Below are positions 8,478 through 16,315 of a DNA stretch of 32,000 nt, piece after piece. The notes beneath the pieces are model-generated. The model was not told the origin of the DNA and did not search any database. It was given only the letters and a program-made list of their open reading frames with translations. How positions within the stretch are numbered: the stretch's first letter is position 1; every line of letters begins with the position of its first letter. The translations under genes were made by a program, and so were the position numbers. Source of the stretch: Kineococcus radiotolerans SRS30216 = ATCC BAA-149 (GTDB taxonomy: Bacteria; Actinomycetota; Actinomycetes; Actinomycetales; Kineococcaceae); assembly GCF_000017305.1 (NCBI RefSeq), contig NC_009664.2, positions 1,230,001 through 1,262,000 on the forward strand, in the 5' to 3' direction.

Positions 8478-9817
8478 CCGAACACCGTGCGCACCCAGTC
8501 CACCAGCACCGGCTGCGGCGCCGCGGCGTCGTCGACGACGGGCAGCAGCCCCCACTTGTCGAACACCGTGCAGGGGTGGGAGAGCCCCAGCCGCAGCACG
8601 TCGCCGACCCGCAGCTCGCGCGCCGGGCCGGTGAGCCGGACGAAGGCGTGCTGGTCGTTGAGGGCGGTGACCTCCGCGCCCTCCAGGGGTTCGGTGGGGC
8701 CGGTCCCGCCGCGGCGCACGGCCTGGACCTCCGGCAGCCCCTCGTCGAAGGACAGGTCGCGCTTGCCGGCGTCGGCCAGGGCCAGGCCGGGTTCCGGCCG
8801 CGACACGACCCGCACCCAGCCGTGCAGCGCGGAGCGGAAACCCCCCTCCCCGATCCGGTCCATCGGGGTGACGCCGCGGTAGAACCCGTCGTCGTGGGCG
8901 ACGTAGGCGCCCGAGCGGACCACGACGCGGGTCGGGACCGCGCCGTCGGGGTCGTGCAGCGGGGCGAGGACGTCGGCGACGACGTCGAAGTAGGCGCTGC
9001 CGCCGGCCGAGACGACGAGCCCCTCGGGCACGGAGGGGTAGAGGTCCTCGGCCAGCAGCCGCCGGTGCAGGCCGCGCAGGTCCGAGAGGTAGGTGCGGAC
9101 CACCGCGAGCGAGGCGGGCGAGGCGTCGTGGGCGAAGGCGCCCTCGTAGCCGGCGACCCCCGCCAGGCGCAGCCCCGGGGTGGCCCGCACGGCGCGGGCG
9201 ACCTCGAGGGCGACGGCGGTGGAACGGGCCCCGGTGCGCCCGCCGATCCCGCCGAGCTCGACGAGGACGTCCACCGGCTGCGCGGCGCCGGCGACGTGGG
9301 GGGCCATCGCCGCCACCACGTCGGCCCCGTCGGCCCAGACCAGGACCCGGGCGCGGCGCGGGCGCGCCAGCAGCCGCAGGACCCCGGGGTCGAGCACCGG
9401 GTAGGCGGCGAGGATCCACGGCACCTCCGCCCGCAGGGCGACGGTCAGCTGCCACCCGGTGGCCACCGTGATCCCGAGGGCACCGGCGGCGAGCTGCGCG
9501 CGCCAGATCGAGGGCGCCATCGTCGTCTTGCCGTGCGGGGCCAGGTCGACCCCGGCGGAACGGGTCCAGTCCCGCATCGCGGCGATGTTCGCGTCCAGCG
9601 CGCCGGCGTCCAGGGTGACCAGCGGCGTGGGCAGCCGGTCCAGGCCGGGGTTCTCCCCGGCGAACCCGGCGGCGTCGCGGCCCCAGGCCTCGACCGGGAC
9701 GGCCTTGGCCCCCGGGTCGAGCGCTCCGAGGTGTTCCGCGTCGTAGGGCACCGGTCCTCCAACCGCCGTCGACCGGTAGGTGACGGCCGTCGCCCACCGG
9801 TCGGGCCGTTCTAGCAT
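8474..9817 (-). CDS. PLP-dependent D-amino-acid deaminase/aldolase-like protein (alanine racemase N-terminal fold, DSD1 family)
   Basis: 447 aa with LPTPLVTLDAGALDANIAAM and a PLP-lysine motif APHGKTT, plus a C-terminal D-serine-dehydratase-like domain. The exact start is uncertain (ATG 9817 gives a long N-terminal lead). Confidence 0.75.
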   Translation of the reverse strand: MLERPDRWATAVTYRSTAVGGPVPYDAEHLGALDPGAKAVPVEAWGRDAAGFAGENPGLDRLPTPLVTLDAGALDANIAAMRDWTRSAGVDLAPHGKTTMAPSIWRAQLAAGALGITVATGWQLTVALRAEVPWILAAYPVLDPGVLRLLARPRRARVLVWADGADVVAAMAPHVAGAAQPVDVLVELGGIGGRTGARSTAVALEVARAVRATPGLRLAGVAGYEGAFAHDASPASLAVVRTYLSDLRGLHRRLLAEDLYPSVPEGLVVSAGGSAYFDVVADVLAPLHDPDGAVPTRVVVRSGAYVAHDDGFYRGVTPMDRIGEGGFRSALHGWVRVVSRPEPGLALADAGKRDLSFDEGLPEVQAVRRGGTGPTEPLEGAEVTALNDQHAFVRLTGPARELRVGDVLRLGLSHPCTVFDKWGLLPVVDDAAAPQPVLVDWVRTVFG

Positions 9818-9909
9818 CGGCCCGTGACCGGGTCAAAGACCGCCCGCCGCGGCGCGACCGCGGCGGCCCCCGGCCGCACCCGGACACCACCCCACGGAGG
9901 AGTTCCCCG

Positions 9910-10317
9910 ATGAGCCACCCGCGCACCGCCGTCACCACGACCGACGCCCCGACCCCCGCGCACACGTTCTCGCAGGGGGTGCGCAAGGGCCCGCTGCTGC
10001 AGGTGTCGGGCCAGGGCCCGGTCGACCCGGTGAGCAACGAGTACCTGCACCCCGGCGACGTGCGGGCCCAGACCCTGCGGACGCTGGGCAACGTCGAGGC
10101 GGTCCTGCGCGCGGGGGGTGCGACCTTCGACGACGTGGTGATGCTGCGGGTGTACCTGACCACCCGCGACGACTTCGCGGCGATGAACGAGGCCTACGGC
10201 GAGTTCCTGACCCCGCGCTGCACCTCGGGGGTCCTGCCGGCGCGCACCACCGTCATGACGGGCCTGCCGCGCGCGGAGATGCTCGTCGAGATCGACGCCC
10301 TCGCCGTGCTGGACTGA
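9910..10317 (+). CDS. RidA family (YjgF/L-PSP) reactive enamine/imine deaminase
   Basis: 135 aa with the typical RidA pattern: APTPAHTFSQGV..GPLLQVSGQ, VMLRVYLT, ARTTV and LVEIDA. GGAGGA lies 8 nt upstream of the ATG. Confidence 0.9.
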   Translation: MSHPRTAVTTTDAPTPAHTFSQGVRKGPLLQVSGQGPVDPVSNEYLHPGDVRAQTLRTLGNVEAVLRAGGATFDDVVMLRVYLTTRDDFAAMNEAYGEFLTPRCTSGVLPARTTVMTGLPRAEMLVEIDALAVLD

Positions 10318-10320
10318 GCA

Positions 10321-10336
10321 CCGCGCGAGCGCGCGG
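10321..10336. terminator. GC palindrome CCGCGCGAGCGCGCGG between convergent genes
   Basis: 7-bp complementary arms with a 2-nt centre (effectively a 6-bp stem with a 4-nt loop), in the 22-bp gap between the ridA-like stop (10317) and the GGDEF-EAL stop (10340). No U tract. Confidence 0.4.
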
Positions 10337-10339
10337 GGA

Positions 10340-11740
10340 CTACCGCAGTTCGACGGCCGCGCCGGTCATGCCCTCGGCGCGCGCCCAGGCCAGGGCCTTC
10401 TCCGCCGGCAGCGGGCGGGCGAAGAAGAACCCCTGCAGCTCGTCGCACCCCAACGCGCACAACCGGTCCGCGACGGCGGCGGTCTCGACGCCCTCGGCGA
10501 CGACGACCAGCCCGAGGCGGTGGGCCAGGGTGATGACGGAGGACACGACCGCCTCGTCCTCGGGGTGGGCGACGAGTTCGGCGACGAACTGGCGGTCGAT
10601 CTTCAGCTCGTGGACGGGCAGCCCGCGCAGGTGCCCCAGGCTGGTCGACCCGGCGCCGAAGTCGTCGACGGAGACCCGCACCCCCCGGTCGCGCAGCTTC
10701 GCGATGGTCGCGCGGGCGCCGTCGGGGTCGTTGACGACGGCCGTCTCGGTGATCTCGAGCACCAGGTCGGCCGGGGCCCAGCGGGTGAGGACCAGGGCCT
10801 CCTCGACGACCCCCAGCAGCCCCGCGTCGAGGGCCACCGCGGAGACGTTCACGGCCATCGTCGTCCGCACGCCCTGGGCGCGCCAGGTGGCGGCCTGCCG
10901 CAGCGCGGTGAGCAGGACCCAGCGGGTCAGGGGGTGGATGAGGTTCGTGCGCTCGACGAAGGGCAGGAAGTCGGCGGGCAGCAGGAAACCGCGGGTGGGG
11001 TGGTTCCAGCGCACCAGCGCCTCGAAGCCCAGCAACCGGGAGCCGTCGCCGGAGACCTTGGGCTGGTAGTGCAGTTCCAGCTGGTCCTCCTCCATCGCCC
11101 CGCGGAACTGCCCCAGCAGTTCCAGGCCCCCGCCGGAGTGCGGGTCGGTGGCGGCGTCGTAGCGCAGCACCCCCGCCCGCCCGCGCTTGGCGGCGTACAT
11201 CGCGATGTCGGCGTGCTGCAGGAGCTCGCCCAGGGAGTTCCCGTCGGCCCCGGCGCGCGCGATCCCGATGCTGCCCTGCAGGTCGATGGGGACGACCCCG
11301 GCGTGGAAGCTGCCGACGGCGAGGGCGGTGAGCAGGCGCTTGGCGACGACCTCGAGCTCCTCGTCCGAGGCGGGCTCGGGGACGAGGACGGCGAACTCGT
11401 CCCCGCCCAGGCGGACGACGAGACCGCGGTCGCCGACGGTGCGGGCCAGCGCGTGGGCCACCTGGACGAGGACCTCGTCGCCCGCGGCGTGACCGAGGGT
11501 GTCGTTGACGTCCTTGAACCCGTCGAGGTCCAGCAGCAGCAGACCGGGACCGGGCCCGGGGGCCGGCCACGACCCGCCCACCTCGAGCAGGGCCCGGCGG
11601 TTGCCGAGGCCGGTGAGGGGGTCGGTGCGGGCGAGGTCGTCGCGGGCGCGGTTGCGCTGGCGGACGAGGACGGTGAGCAGGACCGTGCTCACCGCGATCA
11701 CGAGCACCGAGGTGGTCCACGCGATCGCAGCGGCTGTCAC
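10340..11740 (-). CDS. membrane-anchored GGDEF-EAL protein (diguanylate cyclase/phosphodiesterase), both motifs canonical
   Basis: One N-terminal TM helix, then GGDEF (RLGGDEFAVLV). The EAL domain has all canonical blocks: FEALVRW, AVNVS, LEITE, DDFGAGSTSL, ELKIDRQF, AEGVE and ELQGFFFARP. I prefer the GTG at 11740, since the upstream part of the tracked ORF is Arg/Pro-rich. Confidence 0.85.
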   Translation of the reverse strand: MTAAAIAWTTSVLVIAVSTVLLTVLVRQRNRARDDLARTDPLTGLGNRRALLEVGGSWPAPGPGPGLLLLDLDGFKDVNDTLGHAAGDEVLVQVAHALARTVGDRGLVVRLGGDEFAVLVPEPASDEELEVVAKRLLTALAVGSFHAGVVPIDLQGSIGIARAGADGNSLGELLQHADIAMYAAKRGRAGVLRYDAATDPHSGGGLELLGQFRGAMEEDQLELHYQPKVSGDGSRLLGFEALVRWNHPTRGFLLPADFLPFVERTNLIHPLTRWVLLTALRQAATWRAQGVRTTMAVNVSAVALDAGLLGVVEEALVLTRWAPADLVLEITETAVVNDPDGARATIAKLRDRGVRVSVDDFGAGSTSLGHLRGLPVHELKIDRQFVAELVAHPEDEAVVSSVITLAHRLGLVVVAEGVETAAVADRLCALGCDELQGFFFARPLPAEKALAWARAEGMTGAAVELR

Positions 11741-11795
11741 ACGTGCCTGATCGGCACGCGGGGTGAGGAGCTGAGGCGTCCGGCCCAGCGGCGGG

Positions 11796-12398
11796 TCAGC
11801 CGATCGGCGGAACGCTCCAGCGCACCAGGACCGGGCGGGCGTGCTCGTGGCCGAGCTCGCCCCACGTCCCGGCCTCCAGCGCGAACAGCGCACCGGCCGT
11901 GGGCGAGAGCCCCAGCCAGGTGGCGGCCAGGACGCGCAGGAAGTGGCCGTGGGCGACGAGGACGACGTCGCCCCCGGCGCCGGCGCGCTGGACGGCCTGC
12001 GCCCGGGCGAGGACCGCGCGGGCCCGCGCCGCCACCGCGTGGACGGTCTCCCCCGGCGTGGCCCCGGGCACGACGCCGTCGTGCCACACCGACCACTCGC
12101 GGCCGAGCTCGGCGGAGATCTCCGGGGTGGTGCGGCCCTCGTACCCGCCGTAGTCCCACTCCACGAGGTCCTCGTCGACCGTGGGGGCCGGGGAGGTCAG
12201 GCCGGCCAGCTCCGCGGTGCGCAGGGCGCGCCGGCGGGGGCTGACGAGGACGGCGGCGAGGGTGCGCCCGGCGAAGACGGGGGCGAGCCCGCGGGCCTGC
12301 GCCTCGCCGGCCGCGGTGAGCGGGACGTCGGTGCTGCCGGTGTGCTGCCCCGAGAGGCTCCACTCGGTCTGGCCGTGACGGACGACGAGGATCGACAC
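11796..12398 (-). CDS. histidine phosphatase (phosphoglycerate mutase-like) family protein
   Basis: 200 aa with the catalytic RHG motif (LVVRHGQTEWS) and a second His block (LVAHGHFLRVL). GTG start at 12398. The tracked extension to 13079 is a shadow frame over the carbonic anhydrase gene. Confidence 0.85.
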   Translation of the reverse strand: MSILVVRHGQTEWSLSGQHTGSTDVPLTAAGEAQARGLAPVFAGRTLAAVLVSPRRRALRTAELAGLTSPAPTVDEDLVEWDYGGYEGRTTPEISAELGREWSVWHDGVVPGATPGETVHAVAARARAVLARAQAVQRAGAGGDVVLVAHGHFLRVLAATWLGLSPTAGALFALEAGTWGELGHEHARPVLVRWSVPPIG

Positions 12399-12414
12399 AC
12401 CGCCACCGTACGCG

Positions 12415-12438
12415 CCCTCCCCGGCCCCCCGGGGAGGG
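12415..12438. promoter_or_regulatory. Perfect 10-bp inverted repeat CCCTCCCCGG-N4-CCGGGGAGGG
   Basis: Read directly from the sequence. It lies in the 72-bp divergent region between the phosphatase start (12398) and the carbonic anhydrase start (12471). Confidence 0.4.
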
Positions 12439-12470
12439 TCCCGTCCCGCGCCCGGGGCGGGGTGGTGAGA

Positions 12471-13010
12471 ATGTCGCGCGTGGATCCCTTCGCCGACGTC
12501 CTGACCGCCAACGCCGCCTACGCCGAGACCTTCGTCGACGACGGCCGCCCCGGCATCGCCGGGAGCGGGCTCGCCGTGCTGACGTGCATGGACTCGCGCA
12601 TCTCCCCGCTGGAGGTGCTGGGCCTGGAGAAGGGGGACGCGAAGATCCTCCGCAACGCCGGGGCCCGGGTCACCGACGACGTCCTGCGCACCCTCGTCCT
12701 CGCCCACCACCTGCTCGGCGTGCAGCGGGTGCTCGTCCTGGCCCACACCGACTGCGGCATGACGAAGAACACCGACGCCGACGTCCACGCGAAGGTGCTG
12801 GCCCAGGGCGTGGACTCGCGCAGCATCGAGTTCCGGACCATCGCCGACCAGCGGGCGACCCTCGTCCACGACGTGCAGCGCATCCGGTCGTGGCCGTTCC
12901 TGCCGCCGACGATGCCGGTTGCCGGCGGGGTCTACGACGTGCGCACCGGGGCGATCGAGATGGTCGTCGCCGCCGACGCCACCGCGGAGGAACCGCCGCG
13001 GCTGCCCTGA
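12471..13010 (+). CDS. beta-class carbonic anhydrase
   Basis: 179 aa with the zinc-ligand motifs CMDSR and HTDCG at the spacing typical of small actinobacterial beta-CAs. ATG at 12471. Confidence 0.9.
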   Translation: MSRVDPFADVLTANAAYAETFVDDGRPGIAGSGLAVLTCMDSRISPLEVLGLEKGDAKILRNAGARVTDDVLRTLVLAHHLLGVQRVLVLAHTDCGMTKNTDADVHAKVLAQGVDSRSIEFRTIADQRATLVHDVQRIRSWPFLPPTMPVAGGVYDVRTGAIEMVVAADATAEEPPRLP

Positions 13011-13050
13011 CCCGGGGCCGGGCGGGCGAGGGACGAGGACACCCGGCGGG

Positions 13051-15363
13051 TCACCCGGCCGGGACCGCCCGCACCGCACCGGCGGGCCGCGCCAGCCACC
13101 CGGCGAGCGCGGCCCGCGGCATGGCCGGGGCGACCCAGCGCCCCTGGGCGGCGGCGACCCCGGCCGCGCGCAGCAGCTCCGCCTGCGCGGGCGTGTCCAC
13201 GTCCTGGGCGACCAGCGGCAGGCCGAGGACGGCGCTGACCGCCGTCGCGAGCTGGAGCACCGTGCCGCTGCCGGCGCGCGCGCCGGGGTCCAGCACGGCG
13301 GCGCCGTCGACCTTCACCTCGTGCACGGGGAAGGACCGCAGCGCGCCGCCGATGTCCAGGCCGCCGGTGAAGCCCTCCACGCAGACGCGCACCCCCCGCC
13401 CGGCGAGCTCGCGCAGCTGGCGGTGGGCGGTGTCCGCCTCGACGTCGTGGGCGTCGACCAGCTCGAGGACCAGCGCGTCGAGGGGGACCCCCGCCGCGCC
13501 CGCGGCGCCCAGGACGAGGTCGGCGAAGGCCGGGTCGGTGAGCTGGCGGGCGGTGACGTCGACGGCGAGGCGGACCTCGCCGGCCCCCGGCAGCGTCCGC
13601 CAGCCGGCGAGGTCGGCGCACGCGGTGCGCAGCACGTGCGCCCCGATGGCGAGGAGCCGCCCGGAGCGGTCGGCCAGGGGCAGGAACTCCTCCGCGGCCA
13701 GCGGGCCGAGGGTGGGGTGGTCCCACTGCGGGACGGCCTCCACCGCCACGCACCGGCCGGTGGTGAGGTCGACGGCGGGCCGGTAGGTCACCACGACCTC
13801 CCCGCGCTCCACGGCCGAGGCCAGGTGGTCCTCCATCAGGCGGTGGCGGGCGATGTCGCCGTGCCGGCCGGCCTCGAAGACCTCGACCCGGTTCTTGCCG
13901 CGGGCCTTGGCGGAGTACATCGCGATGTCCGCGCAGCGCACGAGGTCGTGGGCGGTCAGCGGCGGCTGCCAGGAGGCCACGCCGATGCTGGCGCCGACGG
14001 TCACCACGGCGGTGCTGAGGTGGACGGGCTCGACGAGGCGGGCGCACAGCGCCTGGGCCAGGGCGTGGACCTCGGGCAGGGGCAGGGCGGCGGGCAGCAG
14101 CACGGCGAACTCGTCCCCGCCGAAGCGCGCGACGACGCTGCCGGGGCCGCAGACCTGCACCATCCGGGCGCCGATCTCGACGAGCAGCTCGTCACCGCCG
14201 GCGTGGCCGTGGCGGTCGTTGACCTGCTTGAAGTCGTCGAGGTCGATGTTGAGGACGCTCGCGCGGCCGGTGCCGGTGGCCACCGAGGCGTCCACGGCGT
14301 CGATGGTGCGCTCCAGGAACAGCGCGCGGGTCGGCAGGCCGGTCAGCTCGTCGTGGCTGGCCCGGTGGCTCAGGCGGGCGTGGGAGGCGCAGCTGGCCTC
14401 GGCGAGGGTGAACTGGTCCACCAGCGTCCGGAAGGCGACGAGCTCCCCGTCGCGGACGGGGGCGGGGGACCCGACGAGCAGGAACCGCTCGACGTCGGCG
14501 CCGCCGCCGCTGAGGGCCGCCGCGCGCCAGTGCCGCACCCCGGGGGCGAGCGCGGTCAACGGATCGGGCTGCCCGGCGGGGGGACGGGGGTCGTCCCCGG
14601 CCAGCCCCGCGAGGCGCTGGAGGACCTCCGCCGGCACGCCCGGGCCGAGGTCGGTCGCCACCGCCCCGGCCGTGGTGAGCAGGCGCGCGGAGGTGGGCGT
14701 GCGCTCGGCGAGCGCCACGGCGAGGCCGGGGGTGAACGCGCACAGCGCCGCCGCGGCGTCGTGCAGCTGCGCGTGCAGCGCGGGCAGCTCGCGGGTGCCG
14801 AGGAAGGCCTGGCCGGTGCCGGCCAGCAGGGCCACGCGCCGGGCGGCGGCCTCCTGCGCCTGCAGGGCGGTGACGAGGACGCGCACGATGACGGAGATGA
14901 GGGCCATCTGCGGCAGGTTGCCGAGGGCCTCGGGCCCGTGCCAGGACACGGCGTGGCCGAAGGCGACGGGGTGCAGGCCGATCGAGGCGGGGATCGCGGC
15001 GATCATGAGGACCGTCAGGGCGAGCGCGCGGCGGTGGCTGCCGTAGAGCGCCAGGGAGAACACGACGTCGAGGTAGATGCTCATGGTGGCCATCGAGTTG
15101 GCGAGGTTGGCCCCCACCAGCACCGTGAGCACCGGCACGAAGAGGACGTCCAGCGGCAGCGGCCGGCGACGGCGGTAGGTGGCGATCGCGGAGGCCACCA
15201 GCAGCACCAGGGCCGCGACGCCGACGACGCGGCGGCCCACCGGCAGGTCGGCGGTGAGGACCTGCGGGAGCATCACCGCGAAGCCGATGCCCCCGGCGAG
15301 CAGCCCGAAGAACCGGACGCGGTCCTGGGGACTGCGCCCGTCCCGGGGCGCGGCGGTGCTCAC
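13051..15363 (-). CDS. multi-pass membrane sensor with GGDEF domain and degenerate EAL domain
   Basis: 770 aa: about 5 N-terminal TM helices, a linker/GAF-like region, an intact GGDEF (RFGGDEFAVLL), then an EAL-fold domain with several catalytic positions substituted (see finding). The start codon is uncertain (GTG 15363, no obvious SD). Confidence 0.85.
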   Translation of the reverse strand: MSTAAPRDGRSPQDRVRFFGLLAGGIGFAVMLPQVLTADLPVGRRVVGVAALVLLVASAIATYRRRRPLPLDVLFVPVLTVLVGANLANSMATMSIYLDVVFSLALYGSHRRALALTVLMIAAIPASIGLHPVAFGHAVSWHGPEALGNLPQMALISVIVRVLVTALQAQEAAARRVALLAGTGQAFLGTRELPALHAQLHDAAAALCAFTPGLAVALAERTPTSARLLTTAGAVATDLGPGVPAEVLQRLAGLAGDDPRPPAGQPDPLTALAPGVRHWRAAALSGGGADVERFLLVGSPAPVRDGELVAFRTLVDQFTLAEASCASHARLSHRASHDELTGLPTRALFLERTIDAVDASVATGTGRASVLNIDLDDFKQVNDRHGHAGGDELLVEIGARMVQVCGPGSVVARFGGDEFAVLLPAALPLPEVHALAQALCARLVEPVHLSTAVVTVGASIGVASWQPPLTAHDLVRCADIAMYSAKARGKNRVEVFEAGRHGDIARHRLMEDHLASAVERGEVVVTYRPAVDLTTGRCVAVEAVPQWDHPTLGPLAAEEFLPLADRSGRLLAIGAHVLRTACADLAGWRTLPGAGEVRLAVDVTARQLTDPAFADLVLGAAGAAGVPLDALVLELVDAHDVEADTAHRQLRELAGRGVRVCVEGFTGGLDIGGALRSFPVHEVKVDGAAVLDPGARAGSGTVLQLATAVSAVLGLPLVAQDVDTPAQAELLRAAGVAAAQGRWVAPAMPRAALAGWLARPAGAVRAVPAG

Positions 15364-15490
15364 GGGAGGAGCATCGACACCGCGGTCCCCCGGCTGTAGC
15401 GCCGCGGCGGGACCACCGCGCCCGGCCCGCCCGGACGGGTGAACGCGCCGGGCGGGCGGGGGGGGCAGCCGGGCCGGGTCGGGAGGGCCC

Positions 15491-16315
15491 TCAGGAACCC
15501 TGGGACAGCTCCGACAGGTGCTGCCACCGCTTCCACTCCGCCAGCCGCGACTCGTAGTCCGCGGTGGCGATCCCCAGCGGGGCGGTGCCGAAGAACACCC
15601 GCAGCGGCGGGTTCGGGGCGTCGACGAGCTCCAGCACGGCGGCGGCGCTGGCCGAGGGGTCGCCCGGGGAGGCCATCCGGGTGCGGCGGGCCTCGGCGGC
15701 CTTCTCGCGGAACGCGTCGTAGGCCGGCAGGGGCGCGGCGTGCTTGGCCGAGGCCCCGCCCCAGTCGGTGGAGAAACCCCCGGGCTCGATGAGCGTCACC
15801 TTGATGCCGAAGTCGGCGACCTCGGCGGCGAGGGACTGGCTGAACCCCTCCAGCGCCCACTTCGAGGCGTTGTAGAGGCCGATGTTCGGGAACGCGGAGA
15901 TCCCGCCGATGGAGGAGACCTGCAGGACGTGGCCCCCGCCCTGGGTGCGCATGACGGGCAGGACGGCCTGGGTGACCCAGAGCGCGCCGAAGACGTTGGT
16001 CTCGAACTGCGCGCGGGCCTCGGCCTCGGTGACCTCCTCGACCATCCCGAACTGCCCGTACCCGGCGTTGTTGACGGCGACGTCGATGCGGCCGAAGCGC
16101 TCGACGGCCTGCGCGACGGCGGTCTCGACGGCCGCCTTGTCGTCGACGTCGAGGGTCAGGGCGAGCAGCTGCTCCCCGAACCGGGCGGTCAGGTCGTCGA
16201 GGCGGGAGGCGTCGCGGGCGGTGGCGACCACCTGGTCGCCCCGCTCCAGCGCCGCGACGGCCCACTCGCGGCCGAAGCCGCGGGAGGTGCCGGTGATGAA
16301 CCAGGTCTTGCTCAC
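15491..16315 (-). CDS. short-chain dehydrogenase/reductase (SDR) family oxidoreductase
   Basis: 274 aa with TGTSRGFG (TGxxxGxG), NNAG and the catalytic YNASK. GTG at 16315 has GAGGAG upstream and overlaps the MFS stop (GTGA). Confidence 0.9.
   Translation of the reverse strand: MSKTWFITGTSRGFGREWAVAALERGDQVVATARDASRLDDLTARFGEQLLALTLDVDDKAAVETAVAQAVERFGRIDVAVNNAGYGQFGMVEEVTEAEARAQFETNVFGALWVTQAVLPVMRTQGGGHVLQVSSIGGISAFPNIGLYNASKWALEGFSQSLAAEVADFGIKVTLIEPGGFSTDWGGASAKHAAPLPAYDAFREKAAEARRTRMASPGDPSASAAAVLELVDAPNPPLRVFFGTAPLGIATADYESRLAEWKRWQHLSELSQGS

Noticed and set aside
6796-10163. Upstream extensions of tracked ORFs 6136-7857 and 6840-10163, plus 6876-8882 (+) and 8576-9814 (+)
   Set aside because: The extensions are RG/RP-rich and run across neighbouring genes. 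Recognisable domains begin at internal starts with SD sequences or GTGA coupling (6795 and 8477).
11742-11758. Palindrome CGTGCC-TGATC-GGCACG just upstream of the GGDEF-EAL start
   Set aside because: It has only 6-bp arms. It could be a weak terminator for the phosphatase gene or an operator, but such short GC palindromes are expected by chance at this GC content.
12399-15399. Extension of 11796-13079 (-), plus 12584-13786 (+), 12919-15399 (+, 826 aa), 12932-14047 (-) and 13853-15046 (+)
   Set aside because: These are shadow frames of the beta-CA and TM-GGDEF-EAL genes and have no motifs.
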